From the NCBI GenBank assembly GCA_964016885.1, contig OZ024740.1, positions 195,052,001 to 195,116,000 of the forward strand: a DNA stretch of 64,000 nucleotides, written 5' to 3'. Below the pieces are notes generated by a model. That model was not told the origin of the DNA. It made no database searches and worked only from the letters and a program-made list of their open reading frames with translations. The position numbers and the translations under genes were made by a program. Positions 1 through 12,699 of the stretch are shown in pieces. Source of the DNA: Eledone cirrhosa. Its lineage: Eukaryota. Numbering within the stretch: the first letter of the stretch is position 1; each line of letters starts with the position of its first letter.

Positions 1-937
1 ATGTGTCTTTGTTTAAGAGGCTACCATATGATGTGAGGTACATTTCACTATGACAGGATATCATAAGTGAATGAATACCAATTGGTGCCAAGCTGTATCG
101 GCCTTTGCCTTTGACAACATTGGTGGCGTGGAGAGGAGAAACTAGTATGAGCAACTGTTGGTCTTCCACAAACAACTTTGCCCAGACGTCTGTCTCTGAG
201 AGGAACTTTCTAGGTGCAAATCCCATGGTCTTTACCCATTTTACTAATTGAAGAGAAACTACTGAACCAGGAACGAATTGAACCTAAACAATAGTCTCAG
301 CTTGGCAGGCGCTTATCTCTATAAGATATTCACTCTCTTACCTTCCCTCCCTCTTTCTTTTTTTCTCTCTCTCTATCACTCACACACATACACACATAAA
401 CACATCCCACATGTATAATAAAATATACATACAAGCACAAAACCAAGATCATCTGAAGAGCAGCGATGCTTCATTTATGTATTTATACAAGTCACATTGT
501 AGAATGCATGTCTTTTGAACATAATGAATCTAGTTTCTACAGGACTTCTTATCTCTTTCTTAAGGCAGACATTAATATTAAAAATTAAACTTTTCAGATT
601 GTTATTTACCTGAAAAAGTTTCCTTTCTGACTCAAAGGATAAGGCAATCTCACTTACTCCAGAGTCCCTCCCCCAAATAAAAAAAAACACAAAAGGAAAA
701 AGAGTAAAATAAAAGATACAACAACAGCGACAACAACAAAACAGCAAATGCTAGTTAATTAAGAAGTATTCCACTTGTTTGTACCACTACCATATACAAT
801 ACTAATCTGCCATGATCCAAGGCAATTTACATACACATGTGACCTATATATACACGAGCTGTTCAATCTAAACGCATGCAGAAAAAGAGGAAGAGATAAA
901 GACGGAGAAAGATTAAAACAGAAAGTAGATAGATGTT

Positions 938-1166
938 TTAACCCTTTAGCATTTAGATTAGTCTATATATACTATTGTATTTTCATGGTAAAGGCTTTAG
1001 CTCATATAATTATCTCACATAATATCAAATCTATGAGATTTTGATATTATTTATTTTGAGAATAATACCTTAAAATCAGTATGAGTGCCCAGTTACAGCC
1101 AGTTTGAACAGAGAGTGTTGAGAAAATTCTGGCCGGATATGGCCGATTTAATTGTTAAAGGATTAA
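938..1166 (+). mobile_element. TTAA-flanked MITE, family 1 (piggyBac-like non-autonomous element, ~225 bp)
   Basis: TTAA|CCCTTTAGCATTTA left end and degenerate TAAAGGA|TTAA right end; internal sequence recurs at 2811, 26133, 36722, 49577 and 60638. Confidence 0.75.
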
Positions 1167-2017
1167 ACCTTTATTATAAACTTGTATTGTTATAGTTGTA
1201 TATTCAAGGAAATAGCAGTTTCATAGATATTGCTGATAAAGAACATATTTTCCATTATCAAAAGATGCACCTTGCCATGACCAATCATTAGTCTTGAATA
1301 CATAAATATTCATAGCATACAATTAATACTGTGTATTAAAATATATAAATTATCTCTAAGGGTTTGGACATTTGGAAGAACATATGTACGTACATATGAG
1401 TGTACACATGCATTATGGGTGTGCACACGTATGTTATAAGTGTGCAGCATACTCTATCCAACACAAATTTATGAGAAAATACAAAATAGTGTTCATAATT
1501 GGAATTATACCCCTATATCTCTCTGTCTCTCTCATTCACTACTCACATGTCACATGCATGTATGTGTGTGAGTGTATGCATATATAATATTCTGTTTCTG
1601 CATGTAACAGTAAAAACATAAGAGTGCAATTTACTTGGCAGTTTTGTTAGGAGAATTTACTGAAACATTTAAGAATCATTTGAAAATTCTTGAAATATTA
1701 GTATTGCTTTTATGTCTTATAGCTTTTTCACTAGATTTTCTTCCAGTAAATTTGTGTCGAAACTGCTTCACTTGAGAGATTTTGCGGAATTGTTTAGGAA
1801 GTTAATCCAGTTGTCTGAAATATTTATTGATTTGCTACATAGAAATATGTAGAGTCACATCTGGTCCCCTCCTTCCTCAGTCTATATATAGTGTCAGATT
1901 ACTGGCTAAAGTTTTGATGGTTGGTTCAGATTCCATTATCAACACTGAACCAAGACACGTAACTCATTTGACTCCTAAATCAATGAGCCTACCTCATCAA
2001 CCTCTACATGATCACAA

Positions 2018-2345
2018 GACCAGCTGAAATGACAGCCAAATTCTCTCAAATCCTCTTATAGGAATAAGAAGATAATATAGTCCTTAAAAGGACAGAAAAG
2101 TCAAAGCTGAATTGTCATTTGATCAAATGTCTGCTTGATAAAACTTGATTTGGGACTAAAGAACAGATGCCATAATGGAGCCACTACATAGTTGTTCAGC
2201 CTAGTAGTAGCAGCCAAATTTCCTCTCAAATCACTCTCTTTTTTCTTAAAAGGAGAAGGATACATTAGATAACATTTATTGAAAATAAGGTAAGATGGAC
2301 ATGACAGAAAAGCCTTTGACTAAAGGCATTTTAGCACTAAAATAA
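2018..2345 (+). repeat. Unclassified ~170-200 bp interspersed repeat, here a head-to-tail pair
   Basis: Motifs AGCAGCCAAAT and a degenerate GCTGAATTGTCATTTGATCA...GGGACTAAA; related copies near 5676-5862, 8177-8290, 10582-10850, 34285-34670, 36547-36700, 49035-49260, 49815-50080 and 60120-60450. Confidence 0.5.
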
Positions 2346-2810
2346 GTAGCAGATTAAAATAAGTCCTAGGGTTGGCTTCATTGTTTGAATTTTCCTGTGT
2401 CATAAAGCAATTGGGAGTACAAGAGACTAAGAATATATAGGGATGCTAGTTCATGAAAAGGTTAACCTCAGCTTTTGCTGCTAATACTTGACTTCTTCGA
2501 GTGGACAGAAAGTGGACAGGATGTGGCGGCAAAGTGGCAGAGTTGTTAGAACATCAGAAAGAATTCTTTGCAGTATTTAATCTCATTTTGTGCCTTTTGG
2601 GCTTAATTTGTGCCACAATCAATTTTGCCTTATATCTTTTCAGGGTTGATAAGTAAAGTACCAGCCCAGTCCAGTTATAGGGTTGGTTCTTCCCTTGCTA
2701 TTTCTGTCTTTCTCAGGTACAAATCATCCTGAGAGGAATGAACTATGCCAGGTTTAAATTCCCAAGATATGTTGTATGTCATGATGGCACATCTACAATT
2801 CTATCAGAAG

Positions 2811-3021
2811 TTAACCCTTCAGAATTTACGTTATATATACTATTGTATTTTTGTGGTAAATGATTTATCTCACATAATATCGAATCTATGAGATTTTGTT
2901 ATTATTTATTTTGAGAATCATACTTTAACATCAGTATGAGTGGCCAGTTACAGACGGTTTGAACAGAAAGAGGTGAGAGAATAGTGGCCGAATACAGCCA
3001 GTCTAAATACTAAAGGGTTAA
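2811..3021 (+). mobile_element. TTAA-flanked MITE, family 1
   Basis: TTAACCCTT...TAAAGGGTTAA termini; body homologous to the 938-1166 copy. Confidence 0.75.
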
Positions 3022-3427
3022 GGGTCCATTGCATTACATTGAATTGGACAAGAAGCAAGTTGCAATAGAGGGCCTTGCTCAAAGACAAAATATGTTGCCT
3101 GGTCCCAGTAAAACACCCACAAACTTATGATCATAAGATCAACACTCTAATCACTAAGTCACACACTTTCACTGAGAAAAATATTAATATCATAATACAT
3201 CATCCCCTTGACCTATAAATTTTCAGTCTTTAGCCACAAATAAGAAATCAATTTGGTTAAGTAGATGTAAGTTAAATAGCTTCTTGGTAATATCATTGTC
3301 AGACTGATCTGAACATTTACAAGACAAAAGATAGAGTTTGTTAAATGTCTTCTGTGGACTTTTATTGAAAGTTTTGAAATAACAATGTTAAAATGGGTAA
3401 AAACAGAGATTGTTAAAATTCATAGAA

Positions 3428-3785
3428 TTATATATATATATGGTTATGGGTGTATGAGTGTGTGTTTGCACATACATATATACACACATACATAGAAGAA
3501 AAAAATATATATATATACGCACACACATATATACATACATATATACACACATATATATATATACATATATATATACACACACACACATATATATATACAC
3601 ACACACATATATATACACATATATATATATATACACACACACACACATATATATATATACATATACATGCATATATATACATGCACATATATATATACAT
3701 GCATATACACACATATACATATACACATACATACATATACATATATATACATACACACACATATATATGTGAGTGTATGTGTATA
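3428..3785. repeat. Compound (TA)n/(CA)n microsatellite
   Basis: Directly visible dinucleotide repeats; source of the YI/HT/CV pseudo-ORFs. Confidence 0.95.
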
Positions 3786-4059
3786 GTTTCCACTAAATTA
3801 ATTGAAATATACATATATTTACATGGGTGAGGGTTGTGCGTGTATGTGTGTCTGTTTCCAAATAAATTGAAATTGTAAAAAAAAACATCAAAAAATATAA
3901 AATAAAACAATGAGATGGATTTGAAAAGCAAATATAATTTTTTGACTATAGCAATAATGCAAATTTTCTAACAGAATTTTCCACTCAGTACATTTTCTGG
4001 TTTGTTGAAAAACAATGATTTTTGAAACAAAAGAACTGATTGAAATATATTAATGTTGG

Positions 4060-4060
<1 letters not shown>

Positions 4061-4112
<52 letters not shown>

Positions 4113-4130
4113 CATAATAAAAATAATAAT
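4061..4130. repeat. (AAT)n microsatellite
   Basis: Directly visible. Confidence 0.95.
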
Positions 4131-4167
4131 ATTGGTTCCTGATTTAAGAATGATAATAATAAAGATG

Positions 4168-4760
4168 ATTTCTACTATAGGCATAAGGTTAGCAATTTTG
4201 GGAGATGGGGAAAATCGATTAAATTGAACTCAGTCCATTACTGGTACTTTATTTTATCGACACTGTAAGGATGAAAGGCAAAGCTAAACTCGACAGGGTT
4301 TGAACGCAGCTCTTAAAGGGGCATAACTCTATGCTGCAAAGCATGGTGTCTGACACTGCCAACCCACTGCCCTCAATAATAATTGTTTCTATTTTTGGCA
4401 TAAGGCCAGTAATTACCCAGTACATTACTGGTACTTTATTTTATCAACTCCATAAGGAGGAAAGGCAAAGTTAACCTCGGCAGGATTTGAACTCAGTCCG
4501 TAAAGGGACGTAACTGTGCTGCAAAGCATGGCGTCCGACCCTTGACCGATACTGCCAATCCACCACCCTATAATAATCTCTTCTTTTGATTTCTAATTTA
4601 GACATAAGGCCAGCAATTTGGGAAGGAGAGAAAGTTGATTAAATTGACCTTAGGACATGACTGGTACTTTCATTTTATTGATCCTGAAAGGATGAAAGAT
4701 AAAGTTGACCTCAGTGGGTTTGGATTTCAGAATGTATAAGAGCAAGGACAAGTATGCTCA
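4168..4760 (-). mobile_element. Three tandem copies of tRNA-derived SINE family A (approx. 4168-4373, 4381-4568, 4590-4760)
   Basis: Reverse complement of the family A consensus: TGGCAGTATCGGTAG box-A-like head, GAGTTCAAATCC box B, central GCCTTTCATCCTTACGGGGTCGATAAAATAAAGTACCAG (resembles the Meta-SINE central domain), AGAAACAATT tail. Confidence 0.8.
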
Positions 4761-5163
4761 AGACAGGCCCATTCACCTGCACCAGGCTCACCACTCTCAC
4801 TCACCTTTCAACAAGCTGGTTGGAAGGTAGCTCTTCCCTCTCTTTACTGATACTGCCAATCCACCATCCTAATAATAATAATAAGTGTTCTGGGAATGAT
4901 AAAAAAACACACTGACAGATATACATAACCAAAACCCAGGACTTACAAATAATATATACAGCATACAGAAAATAGCACTATTTGAAACAACACACTTATT
5001 AGGAAGACTATTTTCAATACAATAGAAATAACAACACCAAAAAAGCAACACTGCACATATACAAGGCTGTGCTTGGTAATGTAGTAAAAATAAGACTAAT
5101 GCTAACATCATCAATTGAAGTAAGGTTATTATCTATAGATAATATTATTATCTATAGATAATT

Positions 5164-5348
5164 GGCAGTGGATTGGCAGTATAGGTAGAGGGTCGGACGC
5201 CATGCTTTCCAGCATAGTTACGTCCCTTTACGATCTGAGTTCAAATCCTGCCGAGGTTGACTTTGCCTTTCATCCTTACGGGGTCGATAAAATAAAGTAC
5301 CAGTAATGCACTGGGTAATTGCTGGCCTTGTGCCTAACGTAGAAACAG
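5164..5348 (+). mobile_element. SINE family A, full length
   Basis: Box A/B-like head, conserved central domain; flanked by direct repeat TTATTATCTATAGAT (TSD). Confidence 0.85.
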
Positions 5349-6194
5349 TTATTATCTATAGATGTTTAATGTCCATCTGTTGTATTGTTAAGTTAGAGGA
5401 GGAGAGTAATTTAGTTGGAACTAAACTTTCAGGGACAGCAATTATATTTCTAAAGACAAGAGATGAATTATTTTGCTAGAGAGAGGTAGGGAGAGAAGGA
5501 AGAGGGGGAAGAAGAAGCAGTGGAGGTATCCACAGAGGAGGAAGATGAGAAGGTGGTGATGGTGGTGACAACAGTGGAGGATGATAAAGGTTAAGTGCTT
5601 TTTAGTCAATTAAATTGCTGTTCCAGCAATTCTATAAAAAAGAAAGAGAACTTAAAATATAATGAATTAGTGAAAGAACCGCTATGTGGTTGCTAGAAAT
5701 AGCAAATATCACTACTGTTTTTGTTGTTTTTTAAAGAAGGACCAATTTGATAATATAGTCCTGGTTAGATATTACTGTCTAAAATGATGAGTTGGTCATG
5801 ACTGAAATTCATTTGATTATTGCTCTGCCCTCATCAGGTCTAATCTGTGTGAGCTAAACAACTTGAAACATAAAATCGTCATTGCTTAACATACGTTTTC
5901 CTTGCTAGCAAGGGTATAGTGTTATATTGTAAAGAAAATTTTTCATCACTTAATCACAAGAAATGACTGTGTCAATGTCTCTTTGTAAGGGCCTCAATGT
6001 GGAGACCTTGCTTAAATGCCTCACATGAGAGTGTTTTTCACTTCAAGCCTCCAAGGGCCAGATAGTAGTGTTAATTTGGGTACACTTTGCTAGCTTCTCA
6101 ATATCTGAACATCCCTAAAGTTTCAGTCTTCAATTTGTGAGATCAGTCACAGTGGATTTATGTTTTCTCCTGCTCATATTCAGACTCTGATACT

Positions 6195-6197
<3 letters not shown>

Positions 6198-6254
<57 letters not shown>
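6198..6254. repeat. (TG)n microsatellite
   Basis: Directly visible. Confidence 0.95.
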
Positions 6255-6255
<1 letters not shown>

Positions 6256-6507
6256 AGGGTTGGTCGGGTTCCCCTTGAGTGGCAGCGCGGTGTCATAGAG
6301 TGAAGAATGTTGAAGATGGAAAAAGAAGTTGCCATCGGCCGCTATGAGGAACCGAGCCCCACATTTCTCAGATATCAGCAGATGGCAATTTTTTTTTCGT
6401 CTTTAAAGGTCTTCATCCAATTTCATAGGCTATTTTATTCCATCTCTGTGCATGAGTACATCATTCTTTATACATATATATACACACAGAGTCATATAAG
6501 TGAGATA

Positions 6508-6690
6508 ATTGTTTCTACGTCTGGCACAAGGCCAGCAATTACTCAGTGCATTACTGGTACTTTATTTTATCGACCCCGTAAGGATGAAAGGCAAAGTTAA
6601 CCTCGGTGGGATTTGAACTCAGAATAGCAAGGGCTCTAACTCTATACGTCAAAGCATGGCGTCCGACCGTCTACCGATACTGCCAATCCA
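6508..6690 (-). mobile_element. SINE family A
   Basis: Consensus match; TSD ATAAGTGAGATAAT on both sides. Confidence 0.85.
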
Positions 6691-6829
6691 TAAGTGAGAT
6701 AATACTACTGAACAACTGTTCATGATTGCAGCTTAAAGCAGAACTTTGTCAGTGTAAAATATGATTTCTCCAGTGAAGAAACACATTTCAAAATATAATC
6801 TACAAATTGCACCCTCCCCCCATATACAA

Positions 6830-6876
<47 letters not shown>

Positions 6877-8944
6877 AATTTAAAAAAAGGAAAATTTGAA
6901 ACAAATTTAATATTAAATTTCAGATTTATATTGAATTTTACTTTGTGTTTTATATTTCAATTGCAATCAAACAACCTTTTTTCAATTCAATACCAACCCC
7001 CATCTACAACTTTCATTTATGATGAAAATGTGCATTATGAATATGAAATTTCAAATTGTGAAGAAGAAAATAAAGAAAGAAAAAAGGAATAACCAGGCTA
7101 TGTGATAAAACCTCTTAAATAAATTCACAAGTATAATAACAAGCAAAATTTTGAGAGTTTATTTTGAACTTATCACCAAAACTAAAGGCCATATCTTAAT
7201 ATTTGAAAACCTATTAAAAATTAAACATGACTGTCAAGTACAATAAGAGATAAGAAAATAACCAGCAAGTTGTGATTGCAAGTATGATTCTTGTATCCCA
7301 TTTGCTTGGAAACTAATGCACTTAGAAAGGCATAAATATCACAATCCCTCTTTACTCTCACTTAAACTATGATGTATTTGTGACTGTGCCAGCAAGACAA
7401 AAAAATAACAAACTTAACAGTGATAAGCATTGAAAAGTAGAAGGCAAGATCTCATTGAAATGACATCACAATGAAGTTTCAATTTCCTAGATAATGATAA
7501 TTTCCTCAAGTATTGAATGGTGGAATATGTTGCAATACATTTTCTGGTACTCTGTGTTCTAATTTCATATCCCAATTCCATTGAGGTTGACTTTATCTTT
7601 CATTGTTTCCAGATTAATAAAGTACCAGCCCACTGCTGGTGAGCTCCCTCATCTTTCAGCTGTGATATATTGAATGTTACCACTACATCACAATAATTTC
7701 TTTTCATTATTATGAGTTTAAATCCTGCTGAGATTAACTGTGCCTTTCATCCTTACCGGGTCAATAAAAATAAAGCACCAGTAATGCACTGGGGTAATTG
7801 CTGACATTGTGCCAAATGTAGAAACAATTATTATATACACGCATTAACATTTTGATAGAAAGTGCAACAACTAACAAATGCTAAAGTGTATTTTGTAAAC
7901 TTAAACGTTTGCAAACAACATACAACATGCCACATGTTTCATGGATAGCATTCTATCCTATCTGGTGCTCTAATAATTCTGAAAATTCTCTGCCTTGGAC
8001 TGGACTGGATTGATATTTTATTTCATCAACCCTCAAAGATGAAAGGAAAATCTAACCTCAGCATGGTTTGAACTCTGAGTGCAGAATGCCAGAACCAATG
8101 CCACAATGCATTTAACCCAACACTGTAACAATTGTGAATATGCCTTGAGCATAAAAGAGACTTATTTGTTACAGATGTTGTTTAGCCCCCGGTCAGTTCA
8201 GATTTGGAAGACCTGTATACAAAATCCACTCCAGTCATGGACATCCCTTCTTTTATTTCAGACACAGTATATCTAGAAATCTATTATTCCATAATAAAAT
8301 GCAACATATATGTGTGGCTTAGAGACCAAATAATACAAATAATGCTGTATAAACTGGGGCATTGAAAATTATATATACATATATATAAATAATCCTTTTT
8401 TATTGCCACCGGACATTTTAAATGATTTCTACAAGAAATCAGGAAGAGGTAAGTTCAGCTAACTTATTATACACTCTTTAAGCACAAATCCTATTTACAT
8501 CTTAAGGCTATTTTCTTCTTGATTTAATTGAAACCTCTAAGAAAGGCTACTTTCATAGATTTTTATCTATGCAGCTTTCAAACCTTTTACACATTAATGT
8601 AAAATACTTCCAGCACTTATGTTCACATTGTAGAAAATCTAATCTTAATGGATACTGAAATGATGCTTCCGATTTGCAACCACTGCATAGAGAAATAAGA
8701 ACCTATTTAGGTGATGACTTCTATTCTGAAAGGGTTAAAAATAACTTATACAATGACAATAGCAAACGGATTTTTTGGAATTCAATGACAAGTGCATTGA
8801 ATGATTATTCTGAATTTCTGTATTCCCTGATTGAATTGATGTAACAATGAGGATATAAAACAGATACTTTATAGCAGCTAGTTCAGTATCTCCTTGTTGT
8901 GTTGTTGTATGTTCAACTCACACTAAGATAAACTTAATATTTCA

Positions 8945-9395
8945 TCATAATCATCATCATCCCCATCACCGTTTAACATCCATTTTTCCATGTTAGCACA
9001 ATTTAGATGAGTTGTCCAATTGTAAGACAAGTCAGATCAGATGACAATGTCTTGCTCAAGCTTGTTTCTGGCTTGGTTTTTACGACTGAATGCCCTTCCT
9101 AATATCAACCACATTTACAGCATGGACTGGGTACTTTTTTATTGGGGTACCAAAACGACCAACTGAGAGGTTGGACTGGGTAGCTTCTATCATGTCACCA
9201 AGACAAGCACTTTACAGAGTGGATTGGGCACTTTTTGTTGTAACACCATCACATCTACTTTACAGGGTGGACTGGGTGCTTTTTGTTGTGTAACCATTAT
9301 GACCACTTTATAGGGCAGACTGGTTGCTTTCTGTCATGTCACCAACATGACCACATTATCGGGTATACTGGGTGCTTGTTGTCATGTCACCTTAC
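8945..9395 (-). mobile_element. RTE-tailed non-autonomous element with an internal array of ~41-bp subrepeats
   Basis: (CAT)n tail + GTTTAACATCCATTTTTCCATG RTE-type 3' end, TGCCCTTCCTAA motif, then tandem degenerate CACTTTACAGAGTGGACTGGGTGCTTTTTGT-type units. Confidence 0.65.
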
Positions 9396-9623
9396 ATATA
9401 TTGCATCTATGATAATTGATCCTCCACTAGTTTCAACAATGAGCATTCAGTTGTTCAATCAACTATACATCCAACTTGTAGGTGTCTGAATATTTCACAG
9501 AGACATGTATGCAAAACATAATCCCCAAGCCACAGACAATGACCAAAACCAGTCAAAGAAAAGTATGTATATATGTATGAATATATATATATGTATGCGT
9601 ATATATATATGATGATGATGATG

Positions 9624-9654
<31 letters not shown>

Positions 9655-9703
9655 GTGAAAATAATTGAAGTCAGATTTTCAGCTTGTGTAGAAACTTTAT
9701 TTG

Positions 9704-9790
9704 CATATTACAATTGTTTCCATATCGATCAGCTCGGGTGTGATAAAGGCAATCGAAGCCTGACTCTTCTTCAACATCTCCTCAGATTGT
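9704..9790 (-). ncRNA. Degenerate type-I hammerhead-ribozyme-like motif
   Basis: Minus strand: CTGAGGA - ATGTTGA...TCGATAT stem II - GAAAC-AATT-GTA; stem I weak. Confidence 0.4.
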
Positions 9791-11509
9791 GAGTTTACAT
9801 GCATGATCCACATCTAAACTGTTGACATATATATATATATATATATCATCATCATCATCGTTTAACGTCCATCTTCCACGCTTGCATGGGTTTGGAACAT
9901 ATATATATATATATATATATGTATATAAGCACACATACACACATACAAATCACTGGAATTTTTTTCCAAGAAGGTCTAATAAGGCCAAATCTTGTTTGGA
10001 GTTATCACCATAGCTTCTAAACATCAGACAAACTGCAAACCCCATTGCATATCTCCATTTAATTTTTGATCAAATGAAGTTTGCGAAATTCTTTCTCTTG
10101 CTGCTTTTGTAAGTAACTTTCATTAATGCTAATGGATTTTCTTCTTGTTCCAGTTTGATAATAAAACCTGACACAGGTCTATGGCTTCACTATAAGAGAA
10201 AATCCTCAAAAGTGTAGAGATAATTGCTAAAATATACTCATTAAATATGTCTTCAGAACTGCAATATACTATTGTGGAGAATATACTATCTTTTTGTAAA
10301 GCTGGCTGTAAAAATGAACATCAAACTGCATGCTAATGTGGAAAATGGACATTAAATATTGATGATGTTGATGATGATGATGATGATGATGATAAATGTC
10401 TTGCATCATCATATTCATAGTTACTAATGAATAACTGTAGTTATTCAGAAATTTGAGCAAGTATACATATAGACCAAAACCAGGATACTATGTTTTTCAG
10501 ATGTTCAAAATTGTCTATACTTTATGAAGAAGAAATTGTAAACACAAATAAGTGTTGAAGACTTAGTGTTATTTTGGGGATTGTTTAGGCCCAGTTCAAC
10601 ACTGATTGAGCAGATCTATAACCAAAGGCATTCCAAACAAACATGATCATCCATCCCCCCCTCTCTCTCTCAGGTGTAGTGTACCTCTACCAGACTCCAT
10701 TATACAATGTATTTTTTTTTTCATTCTATCAAACCATCACCCTCATTTTAAGAAAGTGCAGACATAAGATGATAATAATTGTGATGATGATGATGATTAT
10801 GGCAGGGTGTGATTTAAAAAAGATTTGGCTGCTAAATTTAAAAGGTGAAGACTTGATTTCTTTCAATTAGTTAAACATTATTTCTGGCTTTCTACCACAA
10901 GTATGGAAACGTGCACTTAATTATATGTTCTTCATGCAGAAAACATCTTTGATAAATTTTCATATGACATTATTTTAATTTGCATAATCAGTGAACTATT
11001 TTTTACAAAAAACAAAACAACTATATCTAGTTAGTCATTCTAAGGTGATGGCAGCAATGAGAGAGCTATGCTTCACTAATAATAAGAAGCATTGCCAGAG
11101 TTATAACTTTCGTCTTACATACTTCCATTTAAATTTTGGTCAATTGAACTTTTCTCAGTTATTTCCCTTGGCTGTTTTAAGAGTAATTTTCCTTAATAAT
11201 AATGGCTTTTCTTTTCATTACAGATACATTTTAATTGATTAAAAATTAATTTCAGCTGTCTACCTTGAAATGATAGCCTACTCTATTTATATGTCACCAT
11301 CATCATTTGTTTTCTATATATGCATTTCCATATACATTGGTAAATGCATGCATTCATATTTATAGTGGATAAGAGGTTTGATTTGCAAACACATTGTTTC
11401 AGGTTTGATCTCACTCCATAGTACATTGGGTAAGTGCATTCTACCATGAACTTGGTCTGACTAATGTCTTATGAGAGAAATTTAGTAGACAGAAACTGTA
11501 TATAAGCAT

Positions 11510-12238
11510 ATCATCATCATCATCATCAGGTTTAGCGTCCGTGTTCCACGCTTGCATGGGTTTGGACGGGGGTTTTCCCACTTGAGGCAAGAGTGGTTGT
11601 CTGGCGGGTTTTCTACAGTTGGATGCCCTTCCTAACACCAACCACATTTACAGTGTGGGGCTGGGAGGTTTTTACCGTGTTGCCTACACGGCCACATTAC
11701 AGCGTGGACTGTCTGGCGGGTTTTCTACAGCATGATGCCCTTCCTAACACCAACCACATTTACAGTGTGGGGCTGGGAGGTTTTTACCGTGTTGCCTAAA
11801 CGGCCACATTTACAGCGTGGACTGTGTGTTTTGTTTTGTCGTGACACCTACACGATCTCATTTGTTTCGGCCTGGATGTTGTGGGACCAACATAACTTTA
11901 CATTGAAAGGGGCGGTGTGGATGGGGTGGAGGTGGTGGGACGGGGGTGTGTTTTGATAGAGATGCCTACTGACTGTAGTAGGTTTTTACTTTGTATTTAG
12001 GTAAGGCGGGTCTTCTCTATTACTGAGTACCGCCAAAGGTCTCGGTCCAGTGACATTGTCTTGGAGAGGTGTAAGCGTGTGAGGGCGGAATTTATCAGCT
12101 CGTCCCATGTTTTTCTGGGTCTGCCTACTCCGTGGCTACCGTCTATCTTTATTGCCCTGCACTTTGTTATACAGCTGTCGTCTTTCATGCGCATCACGTG
12201 ACCGTACCAACGTAGCCTTCTCTCGAGTAAACAACATA
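11510..12238 (-). mobile_element. 5'-truncated RTE LINE (same family as 40417-41990)
   Basis: Encodes ...ERRLRWYGHVMRMKDDSCITKC...GRPRKTWDELI...DRDLWR; 3' UTR with a ~110-bp internal tandem duplication; (ATG)n tail; abuts (TA)n. Confidence 0.9.
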
Positions 12239-12240
12239 TG

Positions 12241-12281
<41 letters not shown>

Positions 12282-12544
12282 CATATATATATATATATAT
12301 ATATCATAGAAAAAAAGAGAATCAGTGTTGCAACGAATGAAATTTATTAGACATATTACAATCGTTTCTCTGGCGACCAGCTCGAGGCACGATCGATGTG
12401 ATGATCTTGTTGTTATCAATTATTATAGGTAGTATAACAGTTTAATATTATTCATGGTATTTCCCTCAATTATCTCATAGAAACAGTTTCTATTGCATCA
12501 TTGAGTGTATGGAAAAGATATCTCTAATAATTTGGATTGTGTTG

Positions 12545-12660
12545 CTGCGATGCAGATTCAATGATGAAGGACCGTGACAGGTGGAGAGATGCTGTGATGA
12601 ATAGGACCCATCCAACCCTTGCAAGTCGGGAAAAGCAGATGTAAAATGATGATGATGATT
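12545..12660 (+). mobile_element. RTE LINE 3' terminal fragment
   Basis: DRDRWRDAV-like coding end + CCCTTGCAAGTCGGGAAAAGCAGATGTAAAA(TGA)n tail. Confidence 0.65.
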
Positions 12661-12699
12661 TATTTATTTTCATACATAGAACTACATAAGGTTTCAAGG

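Noticed and set aside
453-470. CTGAAGA followed by a small hairpin
   Set aside because: No GAAA or stem III follows; not a hammerhead
611-668. Possible minus-strand exon (DSGVSEIALSFESERKLFQ) with CAG|GTAAAT donor
   Set aside because: Poor acceptor (G-run before AG) and unrecognised peptide
3388-3931. Long YI/HT/CV-rich ORFs here and at 15-16, 29.7-30.7, 35, 38-39.8, 44.6, 57.5 and 59.2-59.7 kb
   Set aside because: Translations of (TA)n/(CA)n/(TG)n microsatellites, which lack stop codons in several frames
9090-9395. Regularly spaced repeats as a CRISPR-like array
   Set aside because: Degenerate tandem units without unique spacers, inside a eukaryotic retroelement; no cas genes
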